A DNA stretch of 64,000 nt. Origin: Octopus sinensis. Its lineage: Eukaryota. Positions 52,801-63,422 of the stretch are shown here, in pieces (within the stretch, counting starts at the first letter, position 1; each line of letters opens with the position of its first letter). The position numbers and the translations under genes were made by a program. The stretch covers positions 3,472,001-3,536,000 of the forward strand of contig NC_043026.1 of the NCBI RefSeq assembly GCF_006345805.1, read 5' to 3'. Under the pieces are notes generated by a model. The model saw only the letters and a program-made list of their open reading frames with translations. It was not told the DNA's origin and ran no database searches.

Positions 52801-55800
52801 TGGGCCGAGCAAAGCCTTCATCATCATTTAACGTCTGTTTTCCATGCTAGCATGGGTTGGACGATTTGACTGAGGACTGGCAAACTAGATGGCTGCACCA
52901 GGCTCCATAATGATCTGGTGGGCCGAGCAAAGCCTTCATCATCATTTAACGTCCGTTTTCCATGCTAGCATGGGTTGGACGATTTGACTGAGGACTGGTG
53001 AACTAGAAGGCTGCACCAGGCTCCAATCTGATCTGGCAGAGTTTCTACAGTTGGATGCCTTTCCTAATGCCAACCACTCTGAGAGTGTAGTGGGTGCTTT
53101 TACATGCTACCGGCACAAAGGCCAGTCAGGCAGTGAGCTGGCAGAGTGGTTAGCATGCTGGGCGAAATGCGTAGCCGTATTTCGTCTGACGTTACGTTTT
53201 GAGTTCAAATTCTGCCATGGTCGACTTTGCCTTTCATCCTTTCGGGGTCGATAAATTAAGTACCAGTTACGCACTGGGGTCGATATAATCGACTTAATCC
53301 CTTTGTCTGTCCTTGTTTGTCTTCTCTGTGTTTAGCCCCTTGTGGGCAGTAAAAAAAATGGGTATTTCGTCTGCCGTTACGTTCTGAGTTCAAATTCCGC
53401 CGAGGTCGACTTTGCCTTTCATCCTTTCAGGGTCGATAAATTCAGTACCAGTTATGCACTGGGGTTGATATAATCGACTTAATCCCTTTGTCTGTCCTTG
53501 TTTGTCCTCTCTGTGTTTAGCCCCTTGTGGGTAGTAAAGAAATAGGTATTGGCAATAACCACACTCAAATGGTGTTTTTCATGTGCCACCTGTGCAGGAG
53601 CCAGTCCAGCGGCACTAGCAATGACCTCACTCAAATGTTTTTTCATGTGCCACCAGCACAAGTGCCAATAAGAATCATGCTCGAATGGAGCTTTTTACGT
53701 GCCACCGGCACAGAAGCCAGTCAGCTGCTCTGGTAACTATCACGTTCGGATGGTACTCTTAGTGCTCCACTAGCGTGGATGCCAGTCATCGAATTTGATT
53801 TCGATGTGAATGGATTTCATCATCATCATCGTTTAACGTCCGTTTTCCGTGCTAGCATGGGTTGGACGGTTCCACCGGGGTCTGGGAAGCCAGGAGGCTG
53901 CACCAGGCTCCGGTCTGATCTGACAGTGTTTCTACAGCTGGATGCCCTTCCTAATGCCAACCACTCCGTGAGTGTATTGGGTGCTTTTTACGCGCCACCG
54001 GCACAGGTGCCAGTCAAGGCGGTGCTGGCATCGGCCACGTTCGGATGGTGCTTTTTACGTGCCACCGGGGAATACAATCTAAATTTTTCAAAACTGTGAT
54101 TATTTTAAACCTCTACTCAATCTTCCATTAGTGTTATGTGTATATTAGATGAAAGGAAGATTTTGTAGGGTTTTTTGGGGGTGGGGTGGGGACTGTAACC
54201 CGTAGCGATCTCGAGTATTTTGTTGAGTGCTGTGTTTTTCACAGCTTGTTATTAACCCTTTAGTGTTCAGATTACTCTATCAAATGTAATACTTATTCAC
54301 TCAAATTGTTTTGAAAAATCAGGCATTATTTTATAGCTTTGAGGTTTCAATGATGTGATTGTTTATTTTTAGAATGTCAATGTAGGTTAGGTGTGAGAGG
54401 CTAGATATGGCCAGTTTGAATATAAAACCTGTAGAATATCTGGGCCAGATATGGCCGGTTTAAACACTAAAGGGTTAAACCCCTAAGATGCCACCCAATT
54501 GCCCTACACCAGTGGTTCCCAAACTATGAGTCACGACCCACAGATGGGTCGTGAACAGAATCTTAGTGGGTCGCAAAAAGTTATAAAATTACTCATTAGC
54601 TTTGATTAACTGTTGTCTATCGAGATAGTTCAAGACTTTTAACACCCGAAAATTGGTACAGTTCTGGGCATCTCTTCAAACCTCGTACCCATTCATTTCC
54701 ACCGAAGGGATTAACCCTTTAGCATTTAAACCGGCCATATCCAGCCAAAAGTATTCTGCTTGTTTTATGTTCAAACTGACCAGATCTGGTCTCTCACACC
54801 AACCCTACAATATCGTTTTAAAAATTAACAGCTACCTCATCAAAATCTCAAAGCTACAAGATTAATGCATGATTAGTTCAAAACAATGTGGATGAAAAAG
54901 GATTAATTTTGGTAGAATAATGTGAACCCTAAAGGCTTAATTAGGCACAAGCTTATTTGTACAGGAAAAAAATCATTATTACTGAATACATCTGTAGTAA
55001 ATCCTTCTTTTTAAATCATTGTTTGACCCTTTAGCATTCAAACCGGCCATATCCGGCCAAAAGTATTCTGCCTGTTTTATGTTCAAACTGTCCAGATCTG
55101 GTCTCTCCCACCAACCCTACAATATCGTTTTAAAAATTAACAGCTACCTCATCAAAATCTCATAGCTACAAGATAATGCATGATTAGTTCAAAACGATGT
55201 GGATAAAAAAGGATTAATTTTGGCAGAATAATGTGAACACTAAAGGCTTAATTAGGCACAGGCTTATTTGTACAGGAAAAAAATCATTATTACTGAATAC
55301 ATCTGTAGTAAATCCTTCTTTTTAAATCATTGTTTGACCCTTTAGCATTCAAACCGGCCATATCTGGCCAAAAGTATTCTGCCTGTTTTATATTCAAACT
55401 GTCCAGATCTGGTCTCTCACACCAACCCTACAATATCGTTTTAAAAATTAACAGCTACCTCATCAAAATCTCAAAGCTACAAGATAATGCCTGATTAGTC
55501 CAAAACAATTTGGATAAAAAAGCATTAATTTTGGCAGAATGATGCGAACACTATAGGGTTAACAATTGCTTTCCTTTAGTAACTTAACCCTTTAGCATTT
55601 AAACCGGCCAAAAGTATTCTGCCTGTTTTATGTTCAAACTGGCCAGATCTGGTCTCTCACACCAACCCTACAATATCGTTTTAAAAATTAACAGCTACCT
55701 CATCAAAATCTCATAGCTACAAGATAATGCATGATTAATTCAAAACAATGTGGATAAAAAAGGATTAATTTTGGCAGAATGATGCGAACACTATAGGGTT

Positions 55801-58800
55801 AATAATTGCTTTCCTTTAGTAACTTAACCCTTTAGCATTTAAACCGGCCAAAAGTATTCTGCCTGTTTTATGTTCAAACTGGCCAGATCTGGTCTCTCAC
55901 ACCAACCCTACAATATCGTTTTAAAAATTAACAGCTACCTCATCAAAATCTCAAAACTACAAGATAATGCATGATTAATTCAAAACAATGTGGATAAAAA
56001 AGGATTAATTTTGGCAGAATGATGCGAACACTATAGGGTTAATAATTGCTTTCCTTTAGTAACTTAACCCTTTAGCATTTAAACCGGCCAAAAGTATTCT
56101 GCCTGTTTTATGTTCAAACTGGCCAGATCTGGTCTCTCACACCAACCCTACAATATCATTTTAAAAATTAACAGCTACCTCATCAAAATCTCATAGCTAC
56201 AAGATAATGCATGATTAATTCAAAACAATGTGGATAAAAAAGGATTAATTTTGGCAGAATGATGCGAACACTATAGGGTTAATAATTGCTTTCCTTTAGT
56301 AACTTAACCCTTTAGCATTTAAACCGGCCAAAAGTATTCTGCCTGTTTTATGTTCAAACTGGCCAGATCTGGTCTCTCACACCAACCCTACAATATCGTT
56401 TTAAAAATTAACAGCTACCTCTTCAAAATCTCGTGGCTACAAGATAATGCCTGATTAGTTCAAGACAATGTGGATGAAAAAGGATTAATTTTGGCAGAAT
56501 GATGTGAACACTAAAGGCTTAATTAGGCACAGGCTTATTTGTACAGGAAAAAAATCATTATTACTGAATACATCTGTAGTAAATCCTTCTTTTTAAATCA
56601 TTGTTTGACCTTTAGCATTCAAACCGGCCATATCTGGCCAAAAGTATTCTGCCTGTTTTATGTTCAAACTGTCCAGATCTGGTCTCTCACACCAACCCTA
56701 CAATATCGTTTTAAAAATTAACAGCTACCTCTTCAAAATCTCATAGCTCCAAGATAATGCATGATTAGTTCAAGGCAATTTGGATAAAAAAGCATTAATT
56801 TTGCAGATGATGCGAACACTATAGGGTTAACAATTGCTTTCCTTTAGTAACTTAACACTTTAGCATTTAAACCGGCCAAAAGTATTCTGCCTGTTTTATG
56901 TTCAAACTGGCCAGATCTGGTCTCTCACACCAACCCTACAATATCATTTTAAAAATTAACAGCTACCTCATCAAAATCTCATAGCTACAAGATAATGCAT
57001 GATTAATTCAAAACAATGTGGATAAAAAAGGATTAATTTTGGCAGAATGATGCGAACACTATAGGGTTAATAATTGCTTTCCTTTAGTAACTTAACCCTT
57101 TAGCATTTAAACCGGCCAAAAGTATTCTGCCTGTTTTATGTTCAAACTGGCCAGATCTGGTCTCTCACACCAACCCTACAATATCGTTTTAAAAATTAAC
57201 AGCTACCTCTTCAAAATCTCGTGGCTACAAGATAATGCCTGATTAGTTCAAGACAATGTGGATGAAAAAGGATTAATTTTGGCAGAATGATGTGAACACT
57301 AAAGGCTTAATTAGGCACAGGCTTATTTGTACAGGAAAAAAATCATTATTACTGAATACATCTGTAGTAAATCCTTCTTTTTAAATCATTGTTTGACCCT
57401 TTAGCATTCAAACCGGCCATATCTGGCCAAAAGTATTCTGCCTGTTTTATGTTCAAACTGTCCAGATCTGGTCTCTCACACCAACCCTACAATATCGTTT
57501 TAAAAATTAACAGCTACCTCTTCAAAATCTCATAGCTCCAAGATAATGCATGATTAGTTCAAGGCAATTTGGATAAAAAAGCATTAATTTTGGCAGAATG
57601 ATGCGAACACTATAGGGTTAACAATTGCTTTCCTTTAGTAACTTAACACTTTAGCATTTAAACCGGCCAAAAGTATTCTGCCTGTTTTATGTGCAAACTG
57701 GCCAGATCTGGTCTCTCCCACCAACCCTACAATATCGTTTTAAAAATTAACAGCTACCTCATCAAAATCTCATAGCTACAAGATAATGCATGATTAGTTC
57801 AAAACAATGTGGATAAAAAAGGATTAATTTTGGTAGAATAATGCAAACACTAAAGGGTTAAAAGTACTTCTCCCTTTCACGTCATCTTATATTTGTGAAG
57901 CTGGATTTTCAGCAATGGTCGGGATTAAAAGCAAACATTGAAATAAACTGCAGCTCTCAAATTCTTTAAGCCTGAAACTATCCCACAATGAACCTGATGT
58001 TAATTCTATTATTGAGCGTAGCAAGAGACAGGCTCATCCTTCTCACAGGCCTCACTGAAGATGTAATCTGAAATAAATTTGTTAATTTCATTAATGTTTT
58101 GACTCAGTAGAGTTAAGTGGGTCGTCATAAACTGGTGTGATAAATAGTGGGTCACGACTCTAAAATGTTTTTTATTGAATTTCTGCTGCTTTTAAATAAA
58201 GCATATTACTCCGGTATATATATATATATATGTGAAGGCGCATGGCTCAGTGGTTAGAGCATCGAGCTTACGATCGTGAGGTTGTGAGCTCGAATCCCGG
58301 ACCGGGCTGCGTGTTGTGTTCTCGTGCAAGGCACTTTATTTCACGTTGCTCCAGTTCACTCAGCTGTAGAAATGAGTTGCGATGTCACTGGTGCCAAGCT
58401 GTATCGACCTTTGTCTTTCCCTTGGATGACACTGGTGGCGTGGAGAGGGGAGGCCGGTATGCATGGGCGACTGCTGGCCTTCCATAAAAACAACCTTGCC
58501 CAGACTTGTGTCTAGGAGGGTAACTTTCTAGGTGCAATCCCATGGTCATTCATGACCGAAGGGGGTCTTTATATATATATATCAGGTGGCACGTAAAATG
58601 CACCAATCCGACCGTGGCCGATGCCAGCCTCGCCTGGCACCATTGCAGGTGTCACGTAAAAAGCACCCACTACACTCACGGAGTGGTTGGCGTTAGGAAG
58701 GGCATCCAGCTGTAGAAACATTGCCAGATAAGACCGGAGCCTGGTGCAGCCTTCTGGCTTCCCAGACCCCCGGTCGAACCGTCCAACCCATGCTAGCATG

Positions 58801-59153
58801 GAGAACGGACGTTAAACGATGATGATGATGATACCGGAGTAAACACATAAATGTGAAACAAGGTGGAAAAAAGAGTACTCAAATACCAAGGGTAGAGTAA
58901 TATGCTTTATTTAAAAGCAACAGAAATTCAACAAAAACTTTTTAGAGTCGCGACACACTATTATATATATTTTTTACGTTACATTTTGACATTTATAGGC
59001 ATTTTTATGGATCACGTCCAATATTTGCAGTTTTTCACAATTCATGTGTGCTCTAGGAACATAACATCCGTGACTACCAGGGGACTGCTGTGTGTGTGTG
59101 TGTGTATATATATATATGTATATATGTAAGAGAACAAAGTGTACATACGCTGC

Positions 59154-59186
<33 letters not shown>

Positions 59187-60044
59187 ATAAAATTGGACAA
59201 GAACGGGTCATTCTAAGTTTTCTATCTTCAGTCAAGAACCAGATTATCCTCGCAATTTTGGCTGATTATTCTTGAGGTGGCTCCAATCTGGCCAGCCCCA
59301 AGGAAAAACTAAGCTAAGAGCATTAGATTCCTTGGAAGAAAGCATCGAATGTATACAAAAACAAGGACGGCAAAAACAGAAAACGTTACACAAATATAAA
59401 TACAATAAAAATAATAACAGGACATAACAACAGGTGTCTTTCGACTAAGGACGAATTGCAACAGGTGTCTTTCGACTAAGGACGAATTGCAACAGGTGTC
59501 TTTCGACTAAGGACGAATTGCAACAGGTGTCTTTCGACTAAGGACGAATTGCAACAGGTGTCTTTCGACTAAGGACGAATTGCAACAGGTGTCTTTCGAC
59601 TAAGGACGAATTGCAACAGGTGTCTTTCGACTAAGGACGAATTGCAACAGGTGTCTTTCGACTAAGGACGAATTGCAACAGGTGTCTTTTGACTAAGGAC
59701 GAATTGAATTAAGTGGCGCGTGTGGAATTGAAGACTTATGGCAGAGATATCTCAGTTTTATGATGAACACTAAAAGAGAAATGTTTACCCTCTGATGAAC
59801 TTGTCATGAAATAGCTTTTGATAAATCCAGCCACCACAAGTTTTCTCGGAGCAGACTTCTGGGTTTTAATTTCAAGTTTTATTTTGCAATTTTCTTTGTA
59901 ACAGGGCCCTGTTGGTACAACATTTAAAACAAGGCGTCTGTTGCTAGAGGTCCCAGCAATCAATCAGGATAATGAAATGGAACTGGCATTGAACTGTGAC
60001 GGTGACTACATCATTTTGGAAACCCCAATTGCCATACAGATCTG
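33608..60044 (+). CDS. CERK: Ceramide kinase-like (DAGK/SphK/CERK family) lipid kinase, 10 coding exons, ~541 codons recovered; 5' and 3' ends not resolved
   Basis: All introns GT-AG and all phases chain (1,1,2,1,1,1,2,1,0). Motifs: VIVNPVSG, VLVGGDG, GIIPSGSGNG, GYGFFSDII, LNCDGD. GYGF..DI and the exon layout fit CERK as I recall it; orthology not tested. Confidence 0.8.
33930..34460 (+). mobile_element. 3' fragment of a CR1/L2-like LINE (second family)
   Basis: THGHVYKVRKQHSSHDFRKHFF..VAGAWNKLP..VV; same family at 61026-61420. Confidence 0.75.
34477..35225 (+). repeat. 279-bp tandem repeat (2 full units + 1 internally deleted), retroelement-tail-like ending in (TAA)n
   Basis: ttaaacaacccttattcagggacc at ~34477, 34756, 35035. 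Confidence 0.85.
35541..35932 (-). mobile_element. Helitron-like non-autonomous element
   Basis: Reverse complement of actagcagtatcgcc(c/t)ggcgttgc... to ...caactt..ttttatat; same family at 50329. Confidence 0.55.
35969..36094 (+). CDS. CERK-like exon (PNRKKSLLVIVNPVSGRKKG...KTEVI)
   Basis: aataacag acceptor, gtaagt donor, 126 nt, NPxSG motif. Confidence 0.92.
36133..36875 (+). mobile_element. Family-A tRNA-derived SINE with triplicated 5' head
   Basis: caggagtggctgtgtggtaag head at ~36133, 36311, 36484; B-box ggttcagtccc; single 3' tail. Confidence 0.85.
37165..37690 (+). mobile_element. RTE 3' tail with ~6 copies of the 62-bp unit
   Basis: ggagtggttggcgttaggaagggcatccagc...(gat)n; solo tails also at ~630, 3375, 25380, 37840, 38310, 42245, 46735, 53820, 58585, 61420. 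Confidence 0.85.
38478..38840 (+). mobile_element. Family-C tRNA-derived SINE
   Basis: ggcgcaatggccca.tggttaggg head and ...cacgttaatttcacgag tail; related copies at 41115-41390 (+), 46440-46715 (-), 58236-58566 (+). Confidence 0.8.
38950..39013 (+). CDS. CERK-like exon (TKEKGHASKLLKEKDLSDIDG)
   Basis: gtttccag acceptor, gtaaaa donor, 64 nt; supplies the phase 1-to-2 change needed between neighbours; T...HA pattern. Confidence 0.85.
39232..40850 (+). mobile_element. Tandem cluster of family-B tRNA-derived SINE copies
   Basis: Repeated gagttcaaattccgccgaggtcgactttgcctttcatcctttcggggtcg...gtaaagaaata units; dispersed copies at 1-330, 37985, 41395, 45500-46445, 47140, 51775-53540. Confidence 0.85.
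40934..41079 (+). CDS. CERK-like exon (IVLVGGDGTYYEVLNG...VGIIPS)
   Basis: ttattgcag acceptor, gtaatt donor, 146 nt, GGDG ATP-binding motif. Confidence 0.95.
41757..41828 (+). CDS. CERK-like exon (GSGNGIAKILVSRDPVTAALAIVI)
   Basis: gtccag acceptor, gtaagt donor, 72 nt. Confidence 0.92.
42855..43145 (+). mobile_element. GC-rich non-coding cassette carrying the hammerhead (PLE pLTR-derived or retrozyme-like)
   Basis: ~290 bp, GC-rich relative to surroundings, (TA)n on both flanks, no credible ORF. Confidence 0.45.
42935..42989 (+). ncRNA. Minimal type I hammerhead motif with one core substitution
   Basis: catgcg-CTGACAA-gagg-caaata-cctc-GAAAC-cg-GTC-cgtgtg; stem II 4 bp, palindromic accggt, stem I 6 bp + tgct/agca; CTGACAA instead of CTGANGA. 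Confidence 0.65.
43212..43459. repeat. 89-bp inverted repeat with 70-nt loop (dispersed PLE-LTR-like family)
   Basis: Arms 43212-43300 and 43371-43459 with two differences; loop sequence recurs near 59225. Confidence 0.9.
43548..43945 (+). mobile_element. Family-A SINE, full length
   Basis: Head, internal (TA)(TG)n, tail gctccagcatggccgcagtcaaatgactgaaacaagtaaaagag; other copies at ~835, 3100, 6590, 7300, 10440, 10845. Confidence 0.88.
44150..45260. repeat. 18-bp C/A/T minisatellite grading into (CA)n
   Basis: cctcactc(a/c)tacatatac units; source of the spurious HSYIYP/THTYTL ORFs. Confidence 0.92.
45269..45418 (+). CDS. CERK-like exon (KTRGMTTY...VGYGFFSDIIYKAENRRTLGIFRYP)
   Basis: cacacag acceptor, gtaagt donor, 150 nt, GYGF motif. 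Confidence 0.92.
46955..47130. repeat. 25-bp minisatellite in an RTE-tail fragment
   Basis: acctgtgattttatgtggcacattc repeated. Confidence 0.8.
47244..47722. mobile_element. piggyBac-type MITE dimer (TTAA-CCC...GGG-TTAA x2, 21-nt spacer)
   Basis: Two ~225-bp units; spacer aatataaaagagaaacaattc; interrupts a SINE. Confidence 0.85.
47932..48187 (+). CDS. CERK-like exon (YLLWGLFNLRRFKVCIEY + Gly-rich insert)
   Basis: tctttctgcag acceptor, gtatgg donor, 256 nt, phases fit both sides. Confidence 0.85.
48625..48990 (+). mobile_element. Family-A SINE
   Basis: Matches 43548-43945. Confidence 0.85.
49008..49495. mobile_element. Second copy of the same MITE dimer
   Basis: Same two units and identical 21-nt spacer; different flanks. 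Confidence 0.85.
49505..49960 (-). mobile_element. Family-A SINE
   Basis: Reverse complement of 43548-43945. Confidence 0.85.
49987..50315 (+). CDS. CERK-like exon (low-complexity insert, VTSPHKEP...VSGVDRK)
   Basis: gtgtag acceptor, gtttgt donor, 329 nt open, phases fit both sides. Confidence 0.8.
50329..50644 (+). mobile_element. Helitron-like non-autonomous element
   Basis: tactagcagtatcgcccggcgttgctcggg ... (CA)n caacttcaattttatatataaagat. Confidence 0.55.
50760..51340 (-). mobile_element. Family-A SINE with duplicated head
   Basis: Reverse complement of the family; second head at ~51180-51340. Confidence 0.85.
51426..51574 (+). CDS. CERK-like exon (DWKCITGTYISF...RNLVNPNN)
   Basis: ttgtag acceptor, gtaaga donor, 149 nt; W..I.G pattern as in the CERK C-terminal lobe. 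Confidence 0.85.
51840..53340. repeat. ~700-bp tandem duplication with three 118-bp subunits per unit
   Basis: ORFs 52351 and 53051 identical; gggccgagcaaagcc at 51984, 52102, 52220 and again ~700 bp later. Confidence 0.9.
54252..54478 (-). mobile_element. piggyBac-type MITE, diverged inverted relative of the array unit
   Basis: ttaaccctttag...ctaaagggttaa termini. Confidence 0.8.
54510..58200 (+). mobile_element. hAT-like non-autonomous element interrupted by the MITE array
   Basis: Left end cagtggttcccaaac; subterminal gggtcg motifs at 54546-54575 and 58118-58160; right TIR not found. Confidence 0.5.
54711..57861 (+). repeat. Tandem array of 12 piggyBac-type MITE units with two spacer types and a ~790-bp higher-order repeat
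   Basis: Periods of 240 and ~300-311 bp; array ends are ttaaccctttag and taaagggttaa. Confidence 0.92.
59428..59706. repeat. 31-bp minisatellite x9
   Basis: caacaggtgtctttcgactaaggacgaattg, 8 identical copies + 1 variant; single copy at 61671-61701. Confidence 0.95.
59905..60044 (+). CDS. CERK-like exon (GPVGTTFKTRRLLLEV...LNCDGDYI...IQI)
   Basis: ttctttgtaacag acceptor, gtgagt donor, 140 nt; NCDG motif of the DAGK-family C-terminus. No convincing next exon found in the window. Confidence 0.88.
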
Positions 60045-60049
60045 GTGAG

Positions 60050-60262
60050 TTACTCTTTTACTCTTTTACTTGTTTCAGTCATTTGACTGCGGCCATGCTG
60101 GAGCACCGCCTTTAGTCGAGCAAATCGACCCCGGGACTTATTCTTTGTAAGCCCAGTACTTATTCTATTGGTCACTTTTGCCGAACTGCTAAGTAACGGG
60201 GACGTAAACACCAGCATCGGTTGTCAAGCAATGCTAGGGGGACAAACACACACACACACACA

Positions 60263-60302
<40 letters not shown>

Positions 60303-60680
60303 CATGTATACGACAGGCTTCTTTCAGTTTCTGTTTACCAAATCCACTCACAAGGCTTTGGTCGGCCCGAGACTATAGTAGAAGACACTTGCCCAAGATG
60401 CCATGGGGACATAAACACACCAGCATCGGTTGTCAAGCAATGCTAGGGGGACAAACACACACACCACACAAACATATATATATATTATATATATATATAT
60501 ATATATATGTATACATATATACGACGGGCTTCTTTCAGTTTCCATCTACCAAATCCACTCACAAGGCTTTGGTCGGCCCGAGGCTATAGTAGAAGACACT
60601 TGCCCAAGATGCCACGCAGTGGGACTGAACCCGGAACCATGTGGTTGGTTAGCAAGCCACTTACCACACAGCCACTCCTG
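60050..60680 (-). mobile_element. Family-A SINE with internal duplication
   Basis: Middle segment appears twice; begins immediately after the 60044 donor. Confidence 0.85.
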
Positions 60681-61025
60681 CTCCTTGTTGAAGGTTTTCT
60701 TTTAAAGGGGCTCAATTATAGCATTTCGTGCATCATCACCATAAGCTTCTTTCGTCTCCTCAAAAGTCTCTTCTGGTGTACGACCATTCAAGTGTAAGAA
60801 CCTGATCACTTATCTGCAATTAACTGCCTCCATTATAACACCTCAATCCTCTTCAGCAGCCGTAAAAGACAAATGAATACTTGCGGAGGGCAGCAATTTA
60901 CAATGTGACATGTAGAGGCACGTATGATTATACCTGTACGAGTTCCGTTTCCTGCAGTAACCAGAAGTGGGTCAGGAGAAATCTTTAATGAACACACCTC
61001 ATATGTATGTATGTATTTATGATAA

Positions 61026-61420
61026 TGAAATTATTGTATACAGTGCTCAGGTGCACCACAACTTGTCAGAAAGTGCGTATAAAGCCTATGCAGTAATGTA
61101 CAAATGTCTGGGAAGTGAACAGTGTATGAGTCAGATATATGCTTGCGTGTGTACGGAGGGGAGAAAATCAGGTGTAGTGTTGGCGAATCTCAGGAAGCAT
61201 GGAAGTTTTGAAGGATGCAGTGCTCCGACAACTAACAACTGATGCCGGCAGTTTGTTCCATGCTTCAGCAACTCTCAGCGTGAAAAAATGTTTCCTGAAG
61301 TCATGGGAGCTGTGCTGTTTTCTGACTTTGTAAATATGTCCACGGGTGTTAGATGGGTGGAGTTTGAAGAGGTGCTCAGAGTTATTGTTTGTAAGATGGT
61401 TGATAATTTTATGTATGTAC
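61026..61420 (-). mobile_element. 3' fragment of the same CR1/L2-like family
   Basis: Reverse complement of 34040-34400; ORFs 34208-34471 and 60967-61242 are near-identical. Confidence 0.75.
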
Positions 61421-62129
61421 CATCATCATTGTTTAGCGTCCGCTTTCCATGCTAGCATGGGTTGGATGATTTGACTGAGAACTGGCAAGCCAGTATGCTG
61501 CACCAGGTTCCAATATGAGATTGCTCCAATCTGGCCAGCCCCAAGGAAAAACTAAGCTAAGAGCATTAGATTCCTTGGTAGAAAGCATCGAATGCATACA
61601 AAATCAAGGACGGCAAAAACAGACAACGTTACACAAATATAAATACAATAAAAATAATAACAGGACATAACAACAGGTGTCTTTCGACTAAGGACGAATT
61701 GTTTCTACAGCTGGATACTCTTCCTAACACCAACCATTCCGAGAGTGTAGTGGGTGCTTTTTACGTGCCACCAGCATGGGGGCCAGTCAGGCAGTACTGA
61801 CAACAGCCATGGTCAAATGGTGCTTTTTATGTGCTGCCTGCACAGGAGCCAGTCCAGCATCATTGGCAAAGGCCTTGCTTGATGTATGTATATATGTATT
61901 ATGCATGTATGTATGTATGCATGCATGCATGTATGTATGTATGTATGTATGTATTATGTATGTATTATGCATGTATGTATGTATTATGTATGTATGTATG
62001 TATGCATGCATGTATGTATGTCTGTATGTGGCAGACTCTCCTTTGCAATCCTATTCATAGACAATGGAAGCTATGTGTATACTTGCATGTATGTGTGTGT
62101 GTGTGTATATATATATATATAGGGAGAAT

Positions 62130-63038
62130 TCACAAAAAAAAAAACAAAAGACGAAGACAGGTGGTGTAGACAACAAACAGATGTATTAGTTTAATGCTTG
62201 GGAAGTGAAAAAGTCTTTAATGTTTTGAGCCTACGCTCTTCCACAGAAAGGAACAAGGTGAGAAAATATAGAATGTGTAGTGGCTAGCAATCTGTCATGG
62301 CGAATGCTGGACAGAGGGGTCACACAGGAGAGCTAGGAAGAAGGGGAGATGATAAAGTAGTGGTGATCCCAAAACGAAGGTGCACATGTGTGTGTATAAG
62401 AGATCATTGTGTGTGTGTGTGTGAAAGGGGGCTGCTGACCTTTACATGTGCATGTGTGGATAATGGTGTGGGTGCTGGGAAGTGGTCAGTGCTTGTGTGT
62501 GGTGGTGGGGTGTGGGTTAGGCTGAGGGTGGGGTATGTGGGAGTGGGTGTAAGTGATGCGGTGGAGCTGGGATAGGGTGGATAGGAAAGGTGGGTTTGGA
62601 ATGTGTAGGGGTGAGGTTATGAGGGAGTGGTGATGATGAAGTGAGAGGGGAAAGGAGGTGGGTAGGAGTGAAGAGAAGTAGGAGTTGGAAGAAGTAGTTG
62701 TGAGAGGAACAGAGAAGAGGAGAGGAGAGTTGAGCCCATGTGGCGCAAAGGAACGAAGAGAGAAGATTAATCCCTGTTCACAGCAAAGTCGGGAGTCCAG
62801 ATGGCCCCTGTGCAAGGACAATCCGAACACAGACAGGTGTTGCAAAGAGTGACCGGGGTGTCATCGCCAAATTGGGTGTCTTGGAGGTATTCTGCAAACT
62901 GGTCAGCCAAATGGCATCCCGTTTGTCCAATGTATAGGATAGGTAAGGGCAGAGAGAGTAGGAGATGCAGTAGATGACATTGCTAGAAGTGCAGGTGAAG
63001 GAGTCGGTGATATGATAGGGTTGATGATGGGTGCTGAT

Positions 63039-63040
<2 letters not shown>
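62130..63040 (-). mobile_element. 3' fragment of a second Penelope-like family (GIY-YIG + pLTR)
   Basis: FTCTSSNVIYCIS..LC then frameshifted YIGQTG; LSVF...EQGLIFSLRSFAPHGLN; degenerate hammerhead-like core at 62218-62246. Confidence 0.75.
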
Positions 63041-63085
<45 letters not shown>

Positions 63086-63365
63086 AAATTGTGTGTGTGT
63101 GTATTTTTTACTTTTTATATATTACAATATTTATTATTTTTCTTTAATTTACAGCATTCAATCTGGTTTAATGAATGTATTCTGCTGCTGATTCTAAAAC
63201 CCGGGCAATTTGGACACAGATCACGAACACCAGAAATTAAAATTTCAGTGAATATAATGAAGTGGACTGGCTAACTGACTGACCCATAGTTTCTTCCGCT
63301 TTAACCCCTGACCTTTGCCACCTAACCCTAACACAAATGCACACATGTCTGTCTGTCTGTCTGTC

Positions 63366-63422
<57 letters not shown>

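Noticed and set aside
54711-57861. Repeat-spacer array resembling CRISPR
   Set aside because: Repeats are ~220-bp MITEs and the spacers are two recurring sequences, not unique ones.
58236-58310. tRNA gene
   Set aside because: tRNA-like head continues into the SINE-C body; same for 38478 and 41115.
59428-59706. CRISPR-like array
   Set aside because: Units are contiguous with no unique spacers, no cas genes, eukaryotic context.
59792-59815. ctgatga...gaaa hammerhead-like match
   Set aside because: No stem II or stem III pairing.
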